DNA of 64,000 bases from Oopsacas minuta (Eukaryota; Animalia; Porifera): NCBI GenBank assembly GCA_024704765.1, contig JAKMXF010000188.1, positions 669,715 through 733,714 of the forward strand, read 5' to 3'. How positions within the stretch are numbered: position 1 is the stretch's first letter; every line of letters begins with the position of its first letter. Below are positions 11,357-22,407 of the stretch, piece after piece. The notes under the pieces were generated by a model. It worked only from the letters and a program-made list of their open reading frames with translations. It was not told the origin of the DNA and did no database searches. The translations under genes and the position numbers were made by a program.

Positions 11357-14300
11357 ATGGCTTCAGGTGATGTGTTCACGAATATGTTCGGTAACACCTT
11401 ACTACGAATTGAAGGTGGAGTAACTAAGGAGATCGAAACATCTACTCTAATCAAAGACGGAGTAATCGCACTCTACTTTTCTGCTCATTGGTGTCCCCCC
11501 TGTCGTACCTTCACTCCTACTCTAGGTGATTGGTACAAAAAACTAACTTCTGGAAGTTTGAAAGATAAACTCGAGATTGTCTTTCTCAGCTCTGATCAGA
11601 GTGAAGAAGAGTTTAAAGACTACTACTCTAGCATGCCCTGGTGTGCTCTCCCCTATTCAGACAGGGAGAAGAAGGTTGATATTTATCTGTACTGTCATTA
11701 GCTTTATTGATTGATATATCTATTTATTTCTTAGGCTGAGCTTTCTAAGAAATTCGGTATCAAAGGTATTCCTTCTCTCATATTCCTGAACGCACAGAAC
11801 GGGAAAATAATAACACGTGAGGGGAGAGAGGTTGTGAATGAGGACCCAGAGGGGGAACAGTTCCCCTGGAAGCCAAAGTCAATTTCTGAAGTCCTCTCTT
11901 GCCTGGAAGACAAACTTGTCGACAATAAGGGAGGACAGTATAAGCTCTCTGAGATACGAAAAGATAAATATCTAGCTCTTTATATTTCAGCTCATTGGGT
12001 GGGTAGCTATATGAAATATACTGGATCCCAGTTATAAGAGACAGTAGGTCTCCGTCTAGAATACATATTCCCCTCCGGGTATGAACTTTTCGATGCCCTG
12101 ACGTCATATTCATTAGGTTCTACTGCAGTGGTTTTCCAAATGTCTTGAATTTATGATGAATATATGATGTTAGGACGGGACGCTAGGGGCGTTTGAAAAA
12201 TAAATAGGCTTAGAGACGGGTTGCGATCAAAAGCTCCGGAACACTATTCTATTGTATATTGAATTTTTGATACGTAATATAATTCTACAGTGTCCTCCTT
12301 GTAAAGTATTCACTCCTAAGCTAGTGGAGGCCTACCAGAAGCATCAGGACAAAGGTTTTGAAGTAATTTTCATATCGTTTGACAGAGATGAAGAAAGTTT
12401 TAAAGATTATTTCGAAACCATGCCATGGAAATCTGCCAATTACGCTGATGCGAACAAACTCGGACCAAAGATAGCAAGGAGATTTGGAGTGAAGGGTAAA
12501 TATTCTCTAATTTGCTTGTTTGTTGATTATTATGTGTTTATCTTTATTCATATATACATAGGTATTCCTACTCTTGTGTTAATGGATAAAAATCTTGAAG
12601 TAATTAACCAGAACGCGAGATCTTTCATAGAGCATGATGAGAAGTTTGAGGTAATAATTCGTATTTATTATATGCTGAATGATTAGCATTGATACTATGC
12701 TATATGACTTTCTAATTACAATTTATCATATATAGTGGGTATTACTTATAAGAACATATCGGTTATAAGAATATATCGGTTATAAGAATATACTTTGATA
12801 TTCCCAAGGGTGTTATCATCAGCGATAACCACTAGGCCGGATCGAGAAAAGTATACATCGTCGCTTCAACTTCTACCTAAGGCAAAAGTTGCCTTTACTC
12901 TTTTCCAGGAAAATGCGAGACATAAATTTGAAAATATTTCGAGTTGACCCTTGCAGTTTTATATTTTTGCTGTGTCACTTTCGCAAACTTGACTTTAAAT
13001 TGTCCGAATTTTCTAATTCCTTTGACTTAGCCCCTATAGATATATTATTTGGTAATAGTAAGTCGCATATTTGCTTTCGAATGATGTATTAGGCTAATTT
13101 CCATGTCCAAAGGTACTCAAGTTGTCAATATATCTTTTGCATATTCTATCATACCCTAATAATATTATCCACCCCCTTTTTTTCCGAAGATTTGCAAATG
13201 CATAATTCTTACAAAAAATAGCTATATCCTCACCAAACTTAGTATAATTCTGTATCTAGATCCAAATTCATCAATAGATTACCACAAAGAAATTTTACCA
13301 ACTTTCCTTATCTCTTGCTCTTAACTTAGTTGCCATTTATCTAGCATGGAATTTATGGTCAATTATTATATCTAAATAAAAACTCACTCAAATGACTCAT
13401 ATTATAGAGTGATTATATTCCTATAATTTATGTAATTTTGAATATGGTAGGATACACGCTTAGTATTGTAGTATTTCATCCTGTTTTTGGTTATCCTGGA
13501 CCCATCCCAGAAAATCTACTCCCGATAAAACTAGATCTATACAATCATTATAGTATGCTTAGAAATGAAGATTCTAAATCAACTAGAGATGATATAGCGA
13601 AAGAATTAACTGAGGTATTAGTGCGTATCTATAATTTGGCTTCCATACCCACAAAATCAGAGCTCCAAATATATCAGTACATCATTTCTGATATTATCGA
13701 GAGAGCTAAATATTACAGAAAAGTATCCAAAACAAGCAATATCCTGACGGTATCCAGCCTATAATTCCGAATTCAATGTCTTGTTCGACGTCTCAAGTTG
13801 CAAATGCCAAATACAAGAAGAAAAAAGTTTTGCTCTCTCGATAATATCAGAAATGATGTACTGATATATTTGGAGCTCTGATTTTGTGGGTATGGAAGCC
13901 AAATTATAGATACGCACTAATACCTCAGTTAATTCTTTCGCTATATCATCTCTAGTTGATTTAGAATCTTCATTTCTAAGCATACTATAATGATTGTATA
14001 GATCTAGTTTTATCGGGAGTAGATTTTCTGGGATGGGTCCAGGATAACCAAAAACAGGATGAAATACTACAATACTAAGCGTGTATCCTACCATATTCAA
14101 AATTACATAAATTATAGGAATATAATCACTCTATAATATGAGTCATTTGAGTGAGTTTTTATTTAGATATAATAATTGACCATAAATTCCATGCTAGATA
14201 AATGGCAACTAAGTTAAGAGCAAGAGATAAGGAAAGTTGGTAAAATTTCTTTGTGGTAATCTATTGATGAATTTGGATCTAGATACAGAATTATACTAAG

Positions 14301-16326
14301 TTTGGTGAGGATATAGCTATTTTTTGTAAGAATTATGCATTTGCAAATCTTCGGAAAAAAAGGGGGTGGATAATATTATTAGGGTATGATAGAATATGCA
14401 AAAGATATATTGACAACTTGAGTACCTTTGGACATGGAAATTAGCCTAATACATCATTCGAAAGCAAATATGCGACTTACTATTACCAAATAATATATCT
14501 ATAGGGGCTAAGTCAAAGGAATTAGAAAATTCGGACAATTTAAAGTCAAGTTTGCGAAAGTGACACAGCAAAAATATAAAACTGCAAGGGTCAACTCGAA
14601 ATATTTTCAAATTTATGTCTCGCATTTTCCTGGAAAAGAGTAAAGGCAACTTTTGCCTTAGGTAGAAGTTGAAGCGACGATGTATACTTTTCTCGATCCG
14701 GCCTAATAACCACTGTATTGTCATTTCACTTCAACACTGATCATGAATGAATTAACAAATCCGGATACGTATTATACGGTATTGCTTTGAATAAGTGCCG
14801 GGGGTAGCACTACACGAAATAAGTAACCGCCAGAGCGCTTATTCAGAGCAATACGAAGGGCATTAGGATCGTACGATCACGATCGCGATACTTTTTTGAC
14901 GATCTGGCGACGATCGGCAACCATTGTTTTATTAAGGATCGGATGTAAGATCGCAATCCTTTTTTGCACAAAAATTTTCGATCATATTTTCGATCATTTT
15001 TGTACTTTGAATGCTACTATCATTAGCGTTTTGTATACTTAGGTTATTGTTCCAAATTTGTGTTCAACAATCAGTAATATTCGTTCGTAGAATGCGTTGA
15101 TTCTCCACCTAAGTTTCTTTTGGCATAAGAAATGATGTAACTATCAAAAATATATGTCTTGAATATTACACAAACGATCGGAAAAATGATCGAGATCGGG
15201 ATCGCGATCGTTTTGAGATAAGGATCTTGATCGGGATCGCGATCTTGTTTAACACGATCGACTAATGCCTTAGTAATACGTTACACTAATAACGCTATTT
15301 GTAATATACAATTGACAACAGCTATCTCGAACACAAAGAGCAGTTCAACTGTAATCCAAATATTATAAGTATAGGATGCTGATTTCTCTTTAGAGTTCGA
15401 GTTAGGGAAGTACGTATATCTGAACCCTGCATAGCAGTATTCCTTAATTTTATTTACTTATAGAATTTTCCATGGAGTGCTAATATCTGTACTACTCTCA
15501 ATTCTGAAAAGGATTTTGCTTATCTAGTTAGTCACCCAGCTGTTCTCTACACAGTATCAGGTGAGTAGTAGCAATAGACCATTTGGATCGATTCAAAAAA
15601 GGTAAAGTGTAATCTCGTTTGAGTAATTCCATCTTTCCCCAAAGGTTAACGCATGTTACCTCTATATCCCTATTGTCATGTCTACCTACCTACCTCCACC
15701 TCCTCTGCATTTAAGAATACATAATATATTCTCCAATCTTTAAAATTATAACTTTATTGAGTATTGGGCTACTGTTATTTATAGAGATTCAGCTCCACCC
15801 CCGCATCTGATTTAGCCTACTAATAATCAATATACTCAGTGTAATTCAGCTATTGGGTGTATAAGCTAGTTAAGAATACAATAGAGATGACGTCTAGAAT
15901 ATTATAATATTAAAATTGACATTTATATATTTTATGAATGAACCAATTTTCCCGTTGATTGTCACAAAATAAATAATTTTGTAATTAATCCTTCCTACCT
16001 TTCATACACATATTTATCAAACAGATGAATCGAAGTTTAACGAAGCTATGCAAATCCTGGATGCTGTCAGTAAGAAATTCATTGCTAACAAACCTCGGGA
16101 CGCAATAATCAATTTCTTCTGCTATGTCGATGACGAAAAGGCTAACAGTGCATGTAAGGAGTTCTTCCACAAGGGGTGTGGTGGTGTAGCAAATCAGGTG
16201 TTTATAATAGACCCTCAAGAGCAGATGAAGAACAAAGAACCTATCACAAAACTAGATGTGGACTCAATCTACACTCAAGCAATGTCGTACATTGAGGGAG
16301 AGCTCGATATGGTTAAAGTCGACTAA
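11357..16326 (+). CDS. NXN: Nucleoredoxin-like protein with tandem thioredoxin-fold (WCPPCR / WCPPCK) domains; at least 5 exons, one internal exon not located
   Basis: Exons 11357-11674 (MASGDV...[13 protein letters not shown]...[15 protein letters not shown]), 11735-11998 ([19 protein letters not shown]...[11 protein letters not shown]...YISAHW), 12291-12495 (CPPCKVFTP...[19 protein letters not shown]...), 12562-12650 ([16 protein letters not shown]...HDEKFE) and the terminal exon 16025-16326. The terminal exon resembles the nucleoredoxin C-terminal region: [17 protein letters not shown]...[11 protein letters not shown]. Order and spacing match vertebrate NXN. Exon 4 ends in phase 0 but the terminal exon needs phase 1, so at least one small exon is missing between 12651 and 16024. 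Confidence 0.72.
12833..14705. mobile_element. Foldback-type transposable element: two perfect 874-bp inverted arms (12833-13706, 13832-14705), a 125-bp unique spacer, and an 8-bp TSD ATAACCAC
   Basis: The arms are reverse-complement identical across all stretches checked. ORF pairs 12889-13092(+)/14446-14724(-) and 13438-13764(+)/13759-14100(-) translate identically. Arm termini are taggccggatcgag...ctcgatccggccta. The flanking direct repeat ataaccac sits at 12825-12832 and 14706-14713. Confidence 0.75.
14858..15269. mobile_element. Candidate non-autonomous DNA transposon / MITE with GATCG-rich subterminal repeats
   Basis: Imperfect TIRs ggcattag(-)gatcgt at 14858 and acgatcgactaatgcc ending at 15269. 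Both ends are packed with GATCG / CGATCGCGATC motifs. An adjacent 18-bp-stem hairpin lies at 14786-14858. No clear TSD was seen. Confidence 0.4.
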
Positions 16327-18097
16327 GTAAATTCTACCAAATATATATGTATGCGAGTGGTATTTCCTTTTAGTTAGCGGAGTGTATAGATATACTTTAT
16401 TTGAAGCTTATATTCTATCTAGTAGCTAGGCAACGTATAGTTTTTACCTAGCTTATATTTTCTGGAACTTTAATCATATATTAGACTTAGTGTTATCGTG
16501 TGTATTTAGGCCTTAATCTGTCTATTGATGAATTAGTTGAGAGTAGTTATGCATATATTTGGATATATTAGATTAAGGAAATTGTAGAAACTTCCAAATT
16601 GTATTGGAATTATAATATAAACAGTGGAAGTTATCAACTAATCATGTATTACCACCAGGGTTGCTGTGGGAATGTGATGGGAATGGGAATTGAAATTCCT
16701 TTCCCACGGCAACCCTGATTGCCACTTCTGTAGTATGTTCAAATATCATATGGTTTGTTTTCCGATAAATATATGACAAGCATTAAGTTAAACTGGATAT
16801 ACAGTGTTTTTGACTATTTCTTTACTAGCAACTCGTATTTTGATTTACGATATATTTGTGGCTTTGATTCATGTACTTTTTAGTAGTATGTATTTTTAAC
16901 AAAGTTTTTAAGCGATGCGACCTAATGTTGTGTTCAGAGGCTTAGCTAGGGTGCGACACATTAAATTACGTGTGCTCACCAAAATGAAATTGAAATGTAT
17001 TACGGATGCGGCCAGTAGCTCATATGACTGAGGTTGTTGTCAAAAATCCGGGAGGGGGCTTGTAAAATCAAAAGTGATAAATTCAGGCAAATATCCTGGA
17101 AATCGAGCATTTTCAGGGAAATTCTGGGGGAATACCCCCGGATTCCTTAGAGGGAACACTGGATGCGGAATTTCCGTACCTGCGCCACTTTGTTGCACCT
17201 ATTCCGCACTATCGTGTGGTCCTAGCTACGCCTCTGTCTCCACCTTCTGCTCCTAATTCCTAATATGTTACATAATTCTATAAATGAAAGACTCACAGCT
17301 TTATGTGGTATAGCGTGCCCTACGTAGAGCACAGATAGAGAAATTGAAGGTATAAATGATGCCACCAGTGACAATCTAGTATTAATTAGTATTGGAATAT
17401 CAATCAAACTGATAACTATTTTCTTATGAAAATATTCGAATTCAGATTCAATCGTGAGTTACTGGCTCCTAAACGTCCTTATTTACGTGTGTCTGCCTAA
17501 GTGAATTTCGGACCACAACAGTATTAAATGCTGAATTACAATTTTTACTGTACAGACTAATACAATTACATTGTATAGTGGCTCAGTTCAAAAATGGTTG
17601 ACTTAGTACAGCGGTTCCCAACCTGGGGTTCATGGACCCCTTGGTCTTTAGTGATCCACGGAAGATGCCAGGGGGTCCACAGAATGTGTTTGTTTTTACA
17701 ATTGGGCATAAATGCATAAAATTAGTTCTGGTGGAGTGTTTGTAATTTAATTAGAACTGGAATGTATTTGTATTTTCTTAGTTAAAATAGATATAGCATA
17801 ATTTCAATAATCCACTAAAATTAATTCGGTAAAATTTAAGTCGGCACCAGTCGGTGATTTTATGGTTCAAAATGATTCTTATTATTTTAGGCCAAAATCT
17901 ACCATATTTGGGTGTTTATGTGTTGGGATAACTACACTCATTATCCTTACATACAAATATCTATGTAATACTCTCCTGTGTTTGTTTATCACTTTATCAC
18001 TTGCCACTGAATTGTCACTCCACAAGTTTTGTTCAATTTATACCCAAAATTAAGATTGTTCTATCGCTCGTATATTAGCAAATTGACATTATTATCA

Positions 18098-20293
18098 ATG
18101 TCTAGTACCTCACACGCGTATCCACAGAGCTCAAGTCCAGCTGATCTGAGTGATGTTCATATTCTGCATAATGCTCAGTTATTAGTAAAAGAACCATGGA
18201 CTGCAAACAATGAAGGTATATCTCGAGGTGCTAAAATAAAATGGCTTGCTCAAATATGTCGTGGTAGAAAATTACAAAAAGATGCATTTATATTGAATCC
18301 TAATTGGCAAGAGGATATTCTCGTAGAGGTGCGTATCCTTCAAAAGCTCCAGCACACTTCTCTCTGCCACTATTTAGGTTTATTCTTCCCACCTGGTTCT
18401 ACCAGTCAGAAGATGCCTTATTTTGTATACGAGAATATTGGGTATCCGTTAAATCTGTACTTATATGAGAACGGGGCCGAACTACAGCCCCGAGTAAAAT
18501 CCGGTATTGCACTTGATATTTGCTCTGGCTTATCTTTCCTACATAGTAGGCAGGTGGTGCATCGTGGTATGTGTCCGGAAGCAGTTAACATTTATCAGAG
18601 CGGAGATTTCATGCGAGCTAAGATTACAGATCTCGGTGTAGCACGGTGTATTTCTGTGACAGCTCAACTTATTGGGAGCAAACATCAACCTTATATACCC
18701 TTAGAAGGTAAGGATCCAGACTATACACTACAACCTTCATGGGATGTGTATTCGTTTGGTATACTAGTTCTAGAATTATTAACTCAAGAAAAACCGCTAG
18801 GAGTAGAGACATTTATCGTGGATCCACAAACAAAGCATCAAGATGAAAAGTTCATTAAAGTTAGTCCGACTGAGCACATCCATATGTTACTTAGAATTGT
18901 TATGAAGGTACCAATGTATGTGCAGTATGGTTATCTAATACAAGAGTGTGTAAAATCTGATTATCAAAATAGGCCACTTACGATGTTTATTTTAGAAAAA
19001 ATACAAGAGATGCCAATTCAACAAGAAATGTTAAAAAACCAACTCAATCAAAGAGGTCCTACCAAAACAAACACTTTACCCTCCCCCTTACAGATTGATA
19101 AACAAGATAACGTTCCTAAATATGACGATCATATGCAGTATACTCTTTTGCAGTCTCCTTCTACTAACGGAACTACCAGTTTTGTGAATCCTATGACAAT
19201 AACAGATAATTTGAATTTATCAATGAACCACAAAATAGCACAAGATAACTTATTGAAACGATCTCTTTCAGAAGATGTAAGTGAATCTGTTGATAAGAGT
19301 ATTGGTCAGATTAGAAGGATGTCTGCACATTCTCAGGAGCATGATCATGTAGTTAACGAAGCAGAAGATTTCATATATTTATCACAATATCTAAGAGATA
19401 ATAGACATAGAAAATTACCGACCACGTTTGGACGTTGTATAGCATTAATCCACGACAACAAATTAGTATTATATGAGATAACTCAGGGAGAAATGTATGT
19501 CCTGGAGCCGAAAACGCAACAATGGAATGTTTTAGCCGACAAAATGCCCGTACGTCTGGGCGGGATCTGTGTGTATGGATCTAGGTTATATGTATTAGGC
19601 GGGTTTATAAAATCTAAAGGTGGATATGAAAATGCTGAGCAAAACAAACATATTTTCTGGTGTAAAATGACTGATAAAGATAATAAAGTTGTTCGATCAG
19701 ACCTTCCTGATACGTTATACTGCCATAAAGTGCCCTCTGTTGCTGTCTATAATGACTTCATACTTGTTATAGGAGGTGATACAAAGCGCAATTCTATTGA
19801 GGTCTACGACCCTAGACATGACCATTGGTACTTAAACACGTATATACCAAGCGACTCCAGAGGCAGTTTGGTTATAATGTCAGCTTGTGTTCGCGAAAAT
19901 TTATTATATCTAGCTCTGACTGATGAAAGGTCTCCTCCTACGTATATGTACAGTAGTTGTCTAGACACACTGTCTCAAGTTAAGAATAACACTCTAACAT
20001 GGAACAGATTCAATTCGCGAATACCTACTTGTAGTCCTAGACTAATTAGTTCAAAGAGTAAGATGTATGCTGTGGGAGGTGGTGGAGATTTCTCACGAAC
20101 TTCCTATGCTAAAGATGTGTATGGTTGGGATGAAGATGAGGATACCTGGGTGAAGACGACCTCTCTGAAGCAGGAGAGGAAATGCTGTGGAGTGTGCACT
20201 TTATTTGATGGGTCTATCTATGTTGCAGGGGGGAATTCGTACATGGAAACTCCTGATTACTTAGATATACAAGAGCTAGCGTTAATTCATTAA
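18098..20293 (+). CDS. Intronless protein-kinase-like (probable pseudokinase) + C-terminal Kelch beta-propeller protein
   Basis: Single ORF; the first in-frame ATG is at 18098. A kinase-like domain shows a subdomain IX motif DVYSFGILVLELLT and a DFG-like DLGVAR. However, HRD is replaced by HRG (VVHRGMCPEAVNIY) and no clear GxGxxG or VAIK lysine is present. The C-terminal half has repeated Kelch signatures (YVLGG, VIGGD, YAVGGGG, YVAGG, plus W/Y spacing). Confidence 0.65.
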   Translation: MSSTSHAYPQSSSPADLSDVHILHNAQLLVKEPWTANNEGISRGAKIKWLAQICRGRKLQKDAFILNPNWQEDILVEVRILQKLQHTSLCHYLGLFFPPGSTSQKMPYFVYENIGYPLNLYLYENGAELQPRVKSGIALDICSGLSFLHSRQVVHRGMCPEAVNIYQSGDFMRAKITDLGVARCISVTAQLIGSKHQPYIPLEGKDPDYTLQPSWDVYSFGILVLELLTQEKPLGVETFIVDPQTKHQDEKFIKVSPTEHIHMLLRIVMKVPMYVQYGYLIQECVKSDYQNRPLTMFILEKIQEMPIQQEMLKNQLNQRGPTKTNTLPSPLQIDKQDNVPKYDDHMQYTLLQSPSTNGTTSFVNPMTITDNLNLSMNHKIAQDNLLKRSLSEDVSESVDKSIGQIRRMSAHSQEHDHVVNEAEDFIYLSQYLRDNRHRKLPTTFGRCIALIHDNKLVLYEITQGEMYVLEPKTQQWNVLADKMPVRLGGICVYGSRLYVLGGFIKSKGGYENAEQNKHIFWCKMTDKDNKVVRSDLPDTLYCHKVPSVAVYNDFILVIGGDTKRNSIEVYDPRHDHWYLNTYIPSDSRGSLVIMSACVRENLLYLALTDERSPPTYMYSSCLDTLSQVKNNTLTWNRFNSRIPTCSPRLISSKSKMYAVGGGGDFSRTSYAKDVYGWDEDEDTWVKTTSLKQERKCCGVCTLFDGSIYVAGGNSYMETPDYLDIQELALIH

Positions 20294-22407
20294 AAAGTTA
20301 AAGAATGAAGGAAAATTTCATTTGAATAGCTTTCATAAAATATATTAAATGGGAGGAATTTATTCTAGTAATTAATAAAGTAACAATGTATCATATCTAC
20401 ACCAAAACTCAACTCTCGATAAATATTAATCTCTACTACAATCCTATCTCTAAGTGGTGCTATATGTCAGATAGCTACTACTTGTGAACCCTAATGCATT
20501 GATATATACAGTTGTGTGTTTGTGCGTTTTGGGTAATGTTTGTAGTGATTTTATTTATTTTAGAACCATATATTGTTCGTATGTTTGTACGATTCATATT
20601 AAACACTCCCATTACTTGATTCCTGGGATGAGGATATATGTTATACCTTATCATGATTCCTAAAAAAATCAGTTTACCTTGACTAGCTGTTTGTGTTTAT
20701 GGACTTATTTACAACAAAACAAGTTTCGCATTCCGTTTTTTTTGGCGGGACGTGCCGATTTTCGAACTTGTATTGAGGGCCAATGAGGCTAATGTCCCGC
20801 TAAAACTTACAAAAGCCTAATTGTCTAGCTTTTTTGTAGTCCAGCCTCATACCCCTATATGCTACGTCTTACGATATCCCCCTATATTAGTAGTACACAA
20901 TGCGTCTCACTTTTTTCTTTATTCAGGCTGGCAAGTATGCACCCGATAACTTAGGGGAAATCCAATTTGTTCGAGATAACGAATGTACGAGTTAACGGGC
21001 ATTTGAGTTACCGGATGTTGACTGTATTAATCATCTCACATTTGTTTTCAAAATCAAACGAAATATCTCTGTGCCAACTTGGGTCCATTGCGTTTTCTTG
21101 ATATCTCCTAATCCGCTAAAGTTAAGACTACGAAAATGTATTAGTGTTTGATGGGAAGTTACATGTTGAGAGTCGATTGATCATACTGCCTTATCCAAAA
21201 TATTTGCGGAATGTGAATTATGTGGTTTTCACACCTTTCCACATTTATGTTGATTGTGTCGTAATATCTCTTCTAATTTGAGCGCTAGACATCATAAATG
21301 TGTAATTAGACAATGGAGATCCATAGGTAACGACTCCTTCAGTCAGATTTCCATATCTCAAAGCAAGGCCTGAATTTTGGACTAGGGATGTTGTTGTCGA
21401 CCGAGGTATTTATTTGATGTTTCTATATTGTAGAAACGGCGTTTGTTTGCCCGAATAAATGTATTGCACATTTGTAGTACAACAAATTATCAACCATTAT
21501 ATGCTAAAAAATCTCTGGAATGTGCCAAAATATTTGTCTAGTAATCATTTATTTGGTAATTATGTTATTGTTTAATAGCTTGTAATGGCCCGTATAAAGT
21601 TAAATATTGCATCTTTCATTTCGAATTGACTTATGAAAAGATCTTATAAACTATTATACAATATATGGAAAGGTTGTTATCATTGGTTCGTTATTGAGTT
21701 ATAGTAGGGATCGTTGATGATACACTCTCAGTCTCAGTATCCTCTAAATAAGGTTTCGACCCAATAAAATACTGATGCATTTCGCGATAACCTTATGTAA
21801 AGTGAAAAATACAAATTGACAAAATCCTTTATTGAGATTTCACCCACAACAATCATGGCTGATAATTTGAAATATGTGGCAGCTCAAATAAAACAAAAGA
21901 TTTCAGAATTTGTTAACATTATTACAAACTTCGTAGCAGATACAATGAATATTTGAGTTTGCGAAAACCAAACATTGGCACTGCCTCTTTCGTTAAATGT
22001 ACACAGATGTAAATCAAGAATCAAAGAGCTTATTAATATAAATACAATCTTTTTATCAGATTGTATTTTGGCAGTTTTGTATTTTACCTTGAAATGAATG
22101 ATAACATATTTAACATTATCCACAGCTGCAAAGTATCAAAGAAGGTGCTAATTACCAACTAAATTCTTTCTCTACGAAAATGGGCATATTCCTGTCATGT
22201 TTAATATGGACCAAAATTGTTCTACAAATATTTAATGGCATAATACACTGTTTCCGCAATATAGAAGCCACTAATAAAATACTTTCATCTTCCACTCCAC
22301 CCTTACTGAATTCCACTCGTTACTCTGAGGCCTTATATGTTTTGAATTAGTCCTTATTAATTGAATCCTGTATTTCATACACATTTAGTTATAGCCATTA
22401 AACAAGC

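Noticed and set aside
13438-14100. ORFs 13438-13764 (+) and 13759-14100 (-) encoding the same 91-aa N-terminus
   Set aside because: They are not called as genes. They are mirror copies on the two foldback arms with no recognisable family, so they are kept only as part of the foldback finding.
17040-17260. Locally GC-richer segment (ccgggagggggcttg...gggggaatacccccggattcc...)
   Set aside because: I considered a small RNA gene (5S/snRNA). No 5S, U-snRNA or tRNA consensus boxes could be matched by eye. More likely a repeat fragment.
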